NCBI GenBank assembly: GCA_964625685.1
Contig: CAZVBO010000003.1
Coordinates: forward strand, 298-64,297
Reading direction: 5' to 3'
Length of the DNA: 64,000 nt
Source: an uncultured Pseudomonadales bacterium
GTDB taxonomy: Bacteria; Patescibacteriota; Microgenomatia; UBA1400; PJMF01
Below, piece after piece: positions 19,550 to 27,798 of the stretch. The notes below the pieces were generated by a model. It was not told where the DNA came from. It saw only the letters and a program-made list of their open reading frames with translations, and did not search any database. Every line of letters begins with the position of its first letter. The first letter of the stretch is position 1. The translations under genes and the position numbers were made by a program.

Positions 19550-20459
19550 GGGCCTTTTCAAAAAGAGCAGTTAATTTTTGATTGATACTGCTCAGGTGAT
19601 AGCCAATGCATAAAATTTCAAGATGGGGCTTAATGGAAGTTGGGGCTGTTAAAAATTCAAAACGCTGAGCTACGCCATTCAAAACTTGCATTTCTCCTGA
19701 TTCCCAAACCACAAAACCCTTAACTCGTAATACATTGGCTGGTAGCTCAGTGAGAACTTGTTTGAGTTTTTCTTGATTAAATGTTCCAGAATGATTAAAG
19801 ACATAGGTATCAATTTCATCATGGTGATGATGATGTGTAGCGGCTACCAGATCAAGGGTTGAGGAAATTCCAAAGGCTAACCGAGGATCAAGTATACCTT
19901 GAGGAGCTTCCACAATCGGAGAAGTTTCATTTAACTCTCGGATATATCCCACCACTGCTTGCTTTCGCTGAGCATCGACCAGCTCTACTTTATTAAACAC
20001 AATCAGGTCATTAAATTTAGCTTGCGTTTGGGCAATCGAATCCAAGTGATCGTAGCCATTAAAATTTACCACATCAATCACTGAAATCACCCCATCTCGG
20101 ATCAATCTGGGATGATGGGAAATGGTTAAAGCCAAACTTTCCGGATCAGCGGTGCCAGCCGATTCGATCAAAAATCTATCTGGGTGATACTGTTCCGCCA
20201 GTTGATCAATAGCATTATTAAGTGACCCAACTAAAGTACAACAAATACATCCATTGAGCAGCTCTTTAGTCTCAATTTTTTTATCAGCCAGAAGTTGAGT
20301 GTCAATATCGGTATTACCCACCTCATTCTTGATATAAACAATCTTTTGCTGCTGTTCCACTAAAAAATCAATTAAATGCGAAATAATAGTCGTTTTGCCC
20401 GAACCTAAAAAGCCGACAAAAACTGTGGCTGGAATTTTAGCCAATTTGGTTTTGTTCAT
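19536..20459 (-). CDS. CobW/COG0523 G3E GTPase metallochaperone
   Basis: GFLGSGKTT, NGCICC, IESAG, NKVE, His-rich HHHHH, RVKG. Confidence 0.92.
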   Translation of the reverse strand: MNKTKLAKIPATVFVGFLGSGKTTIISHLIDFLVEQQQKIVYIKNEVGNTDIDTQLLADKKIETKELLNGCICCTLVGSLNNAIDQLAEQYHPDRFLIESAGTADPESLALTISHHPRLIRDGVISVIDVVNFNGYDHLDSIAQTQAKFNDLIVFNKVELVDAQRKQAVVGYIRELNETSPIVEAPQGILDPRLAFGISSTLDLVAATHHHHHDEIDTYVFNHSGTFNQEKLKQVLTELPANVLRVKGFVVWESGEMQVLNGVAQRFEFLTAPTSIKPHLEILCIGYHLSSINQKLTALFEKALSQH

Positions 20460-22560
20460 TATTCTCCAAGACAATCCGTCCATCTAAAACCTTGACTCCT
20501 CTACCTGCTGGTAACACTAACAAAGGATTGATATCCAATTCTGCAATTTCCGGAAAATCAGTTACTAGTTGTGACAATCGACCAATATTTTCTACCATTT
20601 GATCAGCATCCAAGGCTTGCTGACCTCTTACACCTTGGAAAATAGCACTCATTCGGAGTGACTCCACCATTTGTCTCGCCTCTTGTTGAGAAACTGGGGC
20701 AAAGGCGAAGTTAACATCCTTTAAAACTTCCACATAAATCCCCCCCATCCCAAACATAATCATCGTTCCCAAGCCAGGAACTTTACTGACTCCTAAAATA
20801 GTTTCCACTCCATCAGCGGGCGCCATCTCCATCAGCAAAACTCCCTCTAATTTGGCTGCTGGTTGATGCTGGTGGACAGTCCGCATCATTTCCTCAAATT
20901 TTTGACCCACATTTTCCGCAGTCAGATGAAGCATGACTCCGCCTACATCACTTTTGTGCAGAATATCCGGTGACACAATCTTCATCGCTACTTGAGTGCC
21001 AAATTCAGATACGATGCCCATTGCTTCTTCAGCAGTGGCAGCTTGAGCACTTTTGAGTAACGGAAAATGATATGCCTTAAATATTTCCATTGCTTGAGCC
21101 TCGGGGAAACTATTCTGCCCTTGGGCTTTAGCTTGCTCAAAAAGCTGGCTAACTTTCACTTTATCGACATCTGCAAAATGAAATTCTTGATCCGAAGTAT
21201 TTTGGGTAAACGTATAAAATCGCCCCATCGCTGCCAATGCACTTGAGGCGGGTTCAGGCAGTGAAGTAACACTGATGTTCGCTTTTCGTAAAATATCAAC
21301 TCCAGCTTCCACCAACGCATCTCCCATAAAACTAACGACCAGCGGTTTGTGAATCTGAGGTCGTAACTCTACAATCGCTTGGGCTGTGGCTTCAACCTCT
21401 GTGACTGATTGCGGAGTCAAGATAATTTGAATCGCGTCTGTATGCTCGTCTTGAGCCACTACGGTTAAAGTTTGACGATACGTTTCAGCCAACGCATCTC
21501 CCAAAATATCCACTGGGTTGTGGGTACTGGCAGCTGGAGGTAAAAAAGATTTGAGTTGGCTGATGGTTTGATCTGATAGTTTAGTTAATTTCAATCCAGA
21601 CCGGATAACTGCATCTGTTGTTAGAACGCCTGGACCGCCGGCATTGGTAATAACGGTTACCTTCTCTACTGCAGAAAGTGGATTTTTAATAAAAACATCA
21701 GCCATATCAAAGAGTTCTTGAATGGTATTAGCTCGAATCACCCCAGCCTGACGGAATAAAGCTTCATAAGCGGCATCACCACCAGCCAAGGAACCTGTAT
21801 GAGAGGCAATCGCTCCGGCACCTTCGGCGGTACGACCTGATTTCAAAATAATCACTGGTTTGGGATTTTGACCTCGATTCATTTTTTTCAAAGTAGCAAT
21901 AAACTGAGGCGCATCTTCCAAAGCTTCGGCATACATGGCGATGACTTTAGTTTGGTCATCTTGCTGAAAATATTCAATTAAGTCTAATTCATCTAAATCA
22001 GCTTTGTTGCCAATACTCATAAATTTAGAAAAACCTAGTCCCATGGAATTAGCATAATCTAAAACTGAAGCACAGAGAGCCCCACTTTGAGACAGAAAAG
22101 CAATATGTCCTGTTTGAGGCATGATACCAGCAAAAGAAGCATTCATCTGATTATCCGGATTAATAATACCCAGACAGTTTGGCCCAACTAAGGTGATGTC
22201 ATGTTGACGGCACACCTCAGCCACTTGGTTTTCTAACTCTTTATTGCCAACTTCCTTAAACCCAGCGGAAATAACGATGGCTGCTTGCGCTCCTTTAGCG
22301 GCTGCCCCCTCCAAAGCCTGAGGTACAAATTTAGCGGGAATAATGACTACGGCCAAATCTACTTGTTCAGTTACTTCACTAATATCATGGACAACCGGCA
22401 AACCATACAGTTCATCTATTTTAGGGTTAATCGGAATAATTTTCCCAGTATAACCCTGTGTCACCAAATGTTTGACCACATCATTACCCGGTGTTTTCTC
22501 CTTGCTAGAGGCACCGATAACGGCAATAGTTTGTGGATAAAATAACGCCTGCATGGACAT
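20437..22560 (-). CDS. acetate--CoA ligase (ADP-forming), fused alpha/beta
   Basis: CoA-binding N-terminus, GPNCLG, SQSGA, phospho-His ASHTGSLAG, NPVDILGDA, ATP-grasp HKSDVGGV and ELDINPL; no GNAT domain. Confidence 0.9.
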   Translation of the reverse strand: MSMQALFYPQTIAVIGASSKEKTPGNDVVKHLVTQGYTGKIIPINPKIDELYGLPVVHDISEVTEQVDLAVVIIPAKFVPQALEGAAAKGAQAAIVISAGFKEVGNKELENQVAEVCRQHDITLVGPNCLGIINPDNQMNASFAGIMPQTGHIAFLSQSGALCASVLDYANSMGLGFSKFMSIGNKADLDELDLIEYFQQDDQTKVIAMYAEALEDAPQFIATLKKMNRGQNPKPVIILKSGRTAEGAGAIASHTGSLAGGDAAYEALFRQAGVIRANTIQELFDMADVFIKNPLSAVEKVTVITNAGGPGVLTTDAVIRSGLKLTKLSDQTISQLKSFLPPAASTHNPVDILGDALAETYRQTLTVVAQDEHTDAIQIILTPQSVTEVEATAQAIVELRPQIHKPLVVSFMGDALVEAGVDILRKANISVTSLPEPASSALAAMGRFYTFTQNTSDQEFHFADVDKVKVSQLFEQAKAQGQNSFPEAQAMEIFKAYHFPLLKSAQAATAEEAMGIVSEFGTQVAMKIVSPDILHKSDVGGVMLHLTAENVGQKFEEMMRTVHQHQPAAKLEGVLLMEMAPADGVETILGVSKVPGLGTMIMFGMGGIYVEVLKDVNFAFAPVSQQEARQMVESLRMSAIFQGVRGQQALDADQMVENIGRLSQLVTDFPEIAELDINPLLVLPAGRGVKVLDGRIVLENNEQNQIG

Positions 22561-22573
22561 ACAAAATTCTTTC

Positions 22574-22611
22574 TAATGTCTATTGATTAATGACTAATGG
22601 TTAATGGCTAA
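22574..22611. repeat. TAATGAC/TAATGGT-type heptamer tandem
   Basis: taatgtc-tattgat-taatgac-taatggt-taatggc-taa. Confidence 0.7.
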
Positions 22612-22623
22612 CTTCACCTTGTG

Positions 22624-22726
22624 CGTCATCCCGGATCGAGTCAAACTCGAGTCCGGGATCCTTATAATTGGTTTACTTCGTCAAAGATTCCGGATAACTT
22701 CTCTCCGCTCAGTTTCCGGAATGACG
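22624..22726. repeat. dRS3/REP-like paired palindromic element
   Basis: cgtcatcccgga..tccgggatcc ... agattccgga..tccggaatgacg. Confidence 0.75.
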
Positions 22727-22738
22727 AAAGAACTCTTC

Positions 22739-23473
22739 TCAGCACACTACCACCTTCTCTCCCAAATGTTTTTCGAATACCTTTTTCACCGCTTCAACCT
22801 GCATGCCTGTTGGTGGTTCAACTCCATCCAGTAGATATTTTCGACCCAATTCTTGGTATTTATAGACCCCTAAAGTATGATAAGGCAAAATTTCCACTCT
22901 GGCTACCGTGGTAAAGGGGGCAAAATACTTCGCCCACGCTTCAACAAACTCAGGCTGATCCGTCCAACCTGGCACCAATACATATCTCAGCCACAGTTCT
23001 TTACCAGTCTTTTCCCGATATGCTGCATTTTGTAAAACTGTCTGATTACTCATCCCAGTTAGCTTTTTATGCCAAACATCATCAATATGTTTGACGTCCA
23101 GCATGACCACATCGGATAAATCATAAATTTGTTGCACCTGATCATTAAAAACGGCTCCACACGTATCTAAACAGGTGTGGAACCCAGCTGCTTGTGCTTT
23201 CTCTAAAAGATCAAGCACTCCCTCCGCTTGGATAGTGGGTTCACCCCCGGAAAGGGTCAGTCCACCTTTTTTTTTAAAATAGGGTTTTTGTTTTTCTAGT
23301 CGATCTAGAATGTCCTCACTACTCAGCCGTAACATTTTGTCGGTAGCCATCGCTTGGGTATCAGGATTATGGCAGTAGACACATCGAAAGAGACAACCCT
23401 GGGTAAATACCACGAGTCGAATTCCCGGTCCATCATGTGTGCCAAAAGTTTCAATGGAGTGAATATTGAGCAT
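22739..23473 (-). CDS. pflA: pyruvate formate-lyase activating enzyme (radical SAM)
   Basis: IHSIETFGTHDGPGIR, CLFRCVYCHNPDT, SGGEP, EILPYH; start reassigned to ATG 23473. Confidence 0.95.
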   Translation of the reverse strand: MLNIHSIETFGTHDGPGIRLVVFTQGCLFRCVYCHNPDTQAMATDKMLRLSSEDILDRLEKQKPYFKKKGGLTLSGGEPTIQAEGVLDLLEKAQAAGFHTCLDTCGAVFNDQVQQIYDLSDVVMLDVKHIDDVWHKKLTGMSNQTVLQNAAYREKTGKELWLRYVLVPGWTDQPEFVEAWAKYFAPFTTVARVEILPYHTLGVYKYQELGRKYLLDGVEPPTGMQVEAVKKVFEKHLGEKVVVC

Positions 23474-23480
23474 ACTTTTA

Positions 23481-23937
23481 TCCCCTCTTGTCAAAGAGGG
23501 GCACTCAATCACGTGGAACGTGATTTGAGGGGGTGTTTAGTTATATAATTTCTAATCTTCTGAACTACACCATCCAAATTTGTTCTGACTTCTTTTTCCC
23601 TAAATCTTAAAAACTTAATTCCTAAGTTTTCTAATGCTTCTTGACGGACTTCATCATATTCACCTTTAAAGTCATGACTTTCTCCATCAATTTCGATCGC
23701 TAATCCCAATTTTAAACAGTAAAAATCCACAATGTAATTTAATAATGGTTTCTGTCTATTAAAGTCAAACCCCAGTTGCTTTGACTTCAGCCTTTGCCAA
23801 ATTAGTACCTCAGCTAAAGTACTTTTTTTTCTTAACTGCTTAGCTTTAAGCAGTAAATCCTTTCGATAAGGTATCGCTCTCATGAAACACCTCTATCTGG
23901 CTCTCGCCAGATTTCTCCTCTTTGCTAAGAGGAGACT
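23481..23937. mobile_element. DUF559 endonuclease cassette bounded by inverted double-hairpin ends
   Basis: Left CCCCTCTT-gtca-AAGAGGGG + hairpin + gggggtgt; right acacctct + ATCTGGC-tctc-GCCAGAT + TCTCCTCTT-tgct-AAGAGGAGA. Confidence 0.6.
23509..23883 (-). CDS. DUF559 (Vsr-like) endonuclease domain protein
   Basis: AKQLRK..T.AE..W, FNRQKP..YIVDFYC..LAIEIDGESH..D..R...LE.LG...LRF. Confidence 0.9.
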   Translation of the reverse strand: MRAIPYRKDLLLKAKQLRKKSTLAEVLIWQRLKSKQLGFDFNRQKPLLNYIVDFYCLKLGLAIEIDGESHDFKGEYDEVRQEALENLGIKFLRFREKEVRTNLDGVVQKIRNYITKHPLKSRST

Positions 23938-23939
23938 TG

Positions 23940-26186
23940 CTACATACTCTCGTGGAATGTCCGAGCAATTACCTCTCGCTGTTTTTCGGGATCGAGCTTA
24001 ATAAAGTTGACTGCGTAGCCCGAGACTCGAATCGTCAGTTGAGGATATTTTTCTGGATGTTCCATCGCATCTTCCAGTTTCGCTTTGTCTAAGACATTCA
24101 CATTTAAGTGATGGGCTGCTTTACCAAAGTAGCCATCTAACATTGTTACCAAGTTTTCAATCTGATCTGATTTAGTATTCCCTAAAGCTTTTGGTACGAT
24201 CGAGAAGGTATTGGACACTCCATCTCGAGCATGGTGATAGTCAATTTTGGCCACTGAGTTGAGGGAAGCAATTGCCCCTGAGTGATCTCGGCCATGCATG
24301 GGGTTAGCTCCTGGTGCAAAAGGTTCACCTTTCTTCCGACCATCTGGAGTTGAACCAGTTTTCTTACCGTAGACCACATTGGAAGTAATGGTCAAAATTG
24401 ACAAGGTGGGTGTCGCATCTCGGTAAATATGATGTTTGTGCAGTTCATCATTAAATTGAGTCACTAAGTCTTCCGCCATCTTGTCAACCACGTCATCATC
24501 ATTGCCAAAAGTGGGATACTCACCCTCTACCTTGAAATCAGTAGTCAAACCTTCTTCATTTCGGACTGGAGTCACTTTGGCAAACCTGATAGCTGATAGA
24601 GAATCAGCGGTAGAACTCATCGCCGCCATCCCAAAGGCCATGTTGCGATGAATGTGCGTATCCATGAAAGCCAGCTGAGCCCGTTCATAGTAATACTTAT
24701 CATGCATGTAGTGGATCACGTTCATGGTATTGACATAGGCTTCTGCTAAAAAGGCAACACATTTGTCAAAACGGGTTTTGACTTCCTCATAATCCAGTAT
24801 TCCCTCAGGCAGGCCTGCCTGCGCAGGCAGGGGTTCAATGCCGTCCACAATTTTGACTCCAGAAATTTCATCCCGGCCTTCATTGAGTGCATAGAGCAGA
24901 GCTTTAGCAATATTACAGCGTGCCCCAAAAAACTGCATCTCTTTCCCCGTCTCCATCATCGACACACAACAGGCAATACAGTAGTCATCGCACTGGCCTA
25001 TTTCACTCATTAGATCATCATTTTCGTATTGAATAGATGAAGTATCAATCGAAACTTGAGAACAGAATTTTTTAAAACCGGTCGGTAATTTCTCTGACCA
25101 GAGTACTGTTAAATTTGGTTCCGGAGCTGGTCCTAAATTGTAGAGGGTTTGGAGAAAACGAAAACTGGTTTTAGTGACTTTGTGTTTGCCATCACGCCAA
25201 TGTCCCCCAATCACTTCGGTCACCCAAGTGGGATCTCCGGCAAAGAGTTGATTGTACTCATCCATTCGCAAGTGTCTGACTAAGCGGAGCTTCATCACAA
25301 AGTGATCCACTAGCTCCTGAGCTTGTTCTTCCGTCAGGCTGCCGTTTTTCAAATCTCGCTCAATATAAATGTCAAAAAAGCTACTCACATTCCCTAAACT
25401 CATCGCCGCTCCATCTTGCTCTTTGAGAGCGGCCAAGTAGGCAAAGTAGGTCCATTGGATTGCTTCTTGGGCTGTTTCCGCCGGCCGACTAATGTCAAAA
25501 CCATAACTTGCAGCCATTTCTTTGATCATGCCTAGTGCTCGAATTTGTTCACTGACTTCTTCTCTCAATTTAATTAAGTCATCGGTCATCACCCCCTCAA
25601 GTTTGGCTTTATCTTGTTTCTTTTCTTCAATCAATCGATCAATTCCATACAGGGCTAAGCGTCGATAATCACCAATAATTCTGCCCCGAGCATAGTTATC
25701 GGGCAGTCCCGTGATAATCCCCGAACGGCGTAAATTTCTCATCTCAGGAGTATAAGCATCAAAGACTCCATCATTGTGCGTTTTACGATAATCCCGACAA
25801 ATTTTAATCACTTCATCATCCAACTTATAACCATATTGCTCACAGGCTTGCTCCACAATCCGGTAACCGCCAAAAGGCTTGATGGCTCGACGAAGTGGCG
25901 CATCGGTTTGTAAACCGACAATGGTTTCTAAATCTTTCTGAATATATCCTGGTTTATGACTAGTAATCGTGGAAATGGTTTTGGTATCAATATCTAAAAC
26001 GCCACCCTTTTTGATCTCCTCGAGTAATAGTTCATCAACCATTTTTTTCAGTTTCAAAGTACGCTCTGTGGGTTTAACCAAAAAGGAAGCATCACCATCA
26101 TAAGGCGTAATGTTCGTCTGGATAAAATCCCGTACATTAATTTCATCCTGCCACAGATTGGGGGTAAAGTTGGTCGAAGTTGTCAT
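23940..26186 (-). CDS. pflB: formate C-acetyltransferase (pyruvate formate-lyase)
   Basis: [15 protein letters not shown] twin-Cys active site, TIRVSGYAV glycyl radical loop. Confidence 0.97.
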   Translation of the reverse strand: MTTSTNFTPNLWQDEINVRDFIQTNITPYDGDASFLVKPTERTLKLKKMVDELLLEEIKKGGVLDIDTKTISTITSHKPGYIQKDLETIVGLQTDAPLRRAIKPFGGYRIVEQACEQYGYKLDDEVIKICRDYRKTHNDGVFDAYTPEMRNLRRSGIITGLPDNYARGRIIGDYRRLALYGIDRLIEEKKQDKAKLEGVMTDDLIKLREEVSEQIRALGMIKEMAASYGFDISRPAETAQEAIQWTYFAYLAALKEQDGAAMSLGNVSSFFDIYIERDLKNGSLTEEQAQELVDHFVMKLRLVRHLRMDEYNQLFAGDPTWVTEVIGGHWRDGKHKVTKTSFRFLQTLYNLGPAPEPNLTVLWSEKLPTGFKKFCSQVSIDTSSIQYENDDLMSEIGQCDDYCIACCVSMMETGKEMQFFGARCNIAKALLYALNEGRDEISGVKIVDGIEPLPAQAGLPEGILDYEEVKTRFDKCVAFLAEAYVNTMNVIHYMHDKYYYERAQLAFMDTHIHRNMAFGMAAMSSTADSLSAIRFAKVTPVRNEEGLTTDFKVEGEYPTFGNDDDVVDKMAEDLVTQFNDELHKHHIYRDATPTLSILTITSNVVYGKKTGSTPDGRKKGEPFAPGANPMHGRDHSGAIASLNSVAKIDYHHARDGVSNTFSIVPKALGNTKSDQIENLVTMLDGYFGKAAHHLNVNVLDKAKLEDAMEHPEKYPQLTIRVSGYAVNFIKLDPEKQREVIARTFHESM
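24814..24831. repeat. 18-bp palindrome CCTGCCTGCGCAGGCAGG inserted in frame in pflB
   Basis: Identical to 4165-4182; adds LPAQAG to the protein. Confidence 0.88.
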
Positions 26187-26199
26187 AGAACTCCTTGGG

Positions 26200-26295
26200 T
26201 AATGACTATTGTTTATTGATTATTGTCTAGAGTTTTCCACCCAAAGGGATCAGCCTCTGGCTGAAATCATTAAACAATAACCAATAATCAATAAG
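26200..26295. repeat. inverted heptamer arms enclosing a TCAGCC-tct-GGCTGA hairpin
   Basis: taatgac-tattgtt-tattgat-tattgtc ... tcagcctctggctga (26250-26264) ... aaacaat-aaccaat-aatcaat. Confidence 0.7.
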
Positions 26296-26348
26296 CCAAG
26301 TATATCAGAAAAGAGTAATAAAATTGAAAGGGAAAGCCATACTTTTCA

Positions 26349-26422
26349 TGTCATCCTCGCGCATGCGGGGATCTGGAACAGCGCAACCAATTTTCCAGAT
26401 TCCCTCTTTCGAGGGAATGACA
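26349..26422. repeat. dRS3/REP-like paired palindromic element
   Basis: tgtcatcctcgcgcatgcggggatctgga ... tccagattccctctttcgagggaatgaca. Confidence 0.8.
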
Positions 26423-26441
26423 TAATGGGAGATTCTTCTCT

Positions 26442-26816
26442 TTACCAGATTCCCTCATGCACCATGAAGCATTCATCCGCCACCACTTTTAGTCCCAACT
26501 TTTGAGCTTTCTCCACTACTTCTGGAGAGTGAGAACCTGGCTGCATCCAAATAAAAGGCAGGCCTAGTTGATGACACTGGTCAATAATTTGACTGGTCAC
26601 GGCTGGTGGCACTACCGTTAACACAATATCCGGAATTTCGGGCAAGTCAGCCAAGCTTTTATAAATTGGTTGATCCAGAATTGGTTCTCCCTTGGGGTTC
26701 ACCCCCAAAACATGATACTTATTTTTCAATAAATCTTGGAAAATGTGATATCCATATTTTTCAGGATTAGCGGAAACACCGACGACGGCAATGATGTGGG
26801 ATTGGTGGTCTGGCAT
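26442..26816 (-). CDS. CoA-binding protein (YccU-like)
   Basis: IAVVGVS.NP.KYG, GVNPK, IWMQPGS. Confidence 0.88.
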   Translation of the reverse strand: MPDHQSHIIAVVGVSANPEKYGYHIFQDLLKNKYHVLGVNPKGEPILDQPIYKSLADLPEIPDIVLTVVPPAVTSQIIDQCHQLGLPFIWMQPGSHSPEVVEKAQKLGLKVVADECFMVHEGIW

Positions 26817-26929
26817 AAGTTAACTATACGGGAAAAATAAGGACAGGTCTATTGAAAAGTATACAGTAGCGGTTTTGCGAAAATAAAGATCTTACTGAAT
26901 TTTGCCCTCATAACTGATATAATATAGAC

Positions 26930-27193
26930 ATGATTAATTGGTCCACCGATGAGGAAAAATTCAAAAAAGAAAATCCTAATGAGTATAAAATTTGGCGTAT
27001 TGCCCAGCTTATTAATTATGGCTTAGGGAGTGAAAAACTTCGAGAATCAGAAATCAGAAATAATTGGGATAGAATCAAAGTCAGACTTGATCCCTATAAA
27101 AAAAGAGCGTTGGAATATTTAATATGGGGCAAACTATACTCACTCCCAAACAACTTGAATTTTTGGAACTTATCCAAAACGATGACCAAATAG
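26930..27193 (+). CDS. small putative antitoxin partner of AbiEii (DUF6922-like)
   Basis: 87 aa overlapping the 5' end of the AbiEii gene; TGATATAAT 6 nt upstream. Confidence 0.55.
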   Translation: MINWSTDEEKFKKENPNEYKIWRIAQLINYGLGSEKLRESEIRNNWDRIKVRLDPYKKRALEYLIWGKLYSLPNNLNFWNLSKTMTK

Positions 27194-27795
27194 TCAAACA
27201 TTTCTACTTGACTGGTGGTACTGCACTAGCGGAGTTTTATTTGCATCACCGTCTCTCAGAAGATATTGACTTGTTTACCGAAAAACAAGAAGTTGATCAA
27301 ACCCTAACCAATGCTTTCCTGAAAAAAGTAGCTTCAAGGTTGAATATTACTGCTATCAACAGATCTCAGTTTATGGGACTTTTTAGTTATCATCTGACTT
27401 ATAATGATGGTCAAACGCTCAAAGTTGACTTTAACTATTATCCCTTTCCACCAATTGATCAAAGAATTAAGTTTGGAAAACTGTCGGTTGATAGTTTGCT
27501 TGATATTGCGACAAATAAAATTCAGACTCTTTTTATAAAGCCACGGACAAGAGACTATATAGATCTTTATTTTATTTTTAAACACCAGAAGATGGATCTT
27601 AATAAGCTTATACTTCTAGCCAAAGCAAAATTTGATTGGGATATTGATAAAATGAATCTTGCTAATCAATTTATCAGAGTGAAAGACATTAAACGAGAAG
27701 ATTATCCTTCCGTCCTCGTTCCTTTTGATATAAGCGATATGGAAACCTTCTTTCTCGATCTTGCTAAAGGCCTTAAAAACGAGATTCTTCAGTAA
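27124..27795 (+). CDS. AbiEii/AbiGii-family nucleotidyltransferase toxin
   Basis: FYLTGGTAL..HRLSEDIDLF..K...RDYIDLY. Confidence 0.88.
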   Translation: MGQTILTPKQLEFLELIQNDDQIVKHFYLTGGTALAEFYLHHRLSEDIDLFTEKQEVDQTLTNAFLKKVASRLNITAINRSQFMGLFSYHLTYNDGQTLKVDFNYYPFPPIDQRIKFGKLSVDSLLDIATNKIQTLFIKPRTRDYIDLYFIFKHQKMDLNKLILLAKAKFDWDIDKMNLANQFIRVKDIKREDYPSVLVPFDISDMETFFLDLAKGLKNEILQ

Positions 27796-27798
27796 CTT

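Noticed and set aside
22604-22914. ORFs 22604-22834 and 22621-22914
   Set aside because: They are translations of the REP-like element and the pflA antisense strand.
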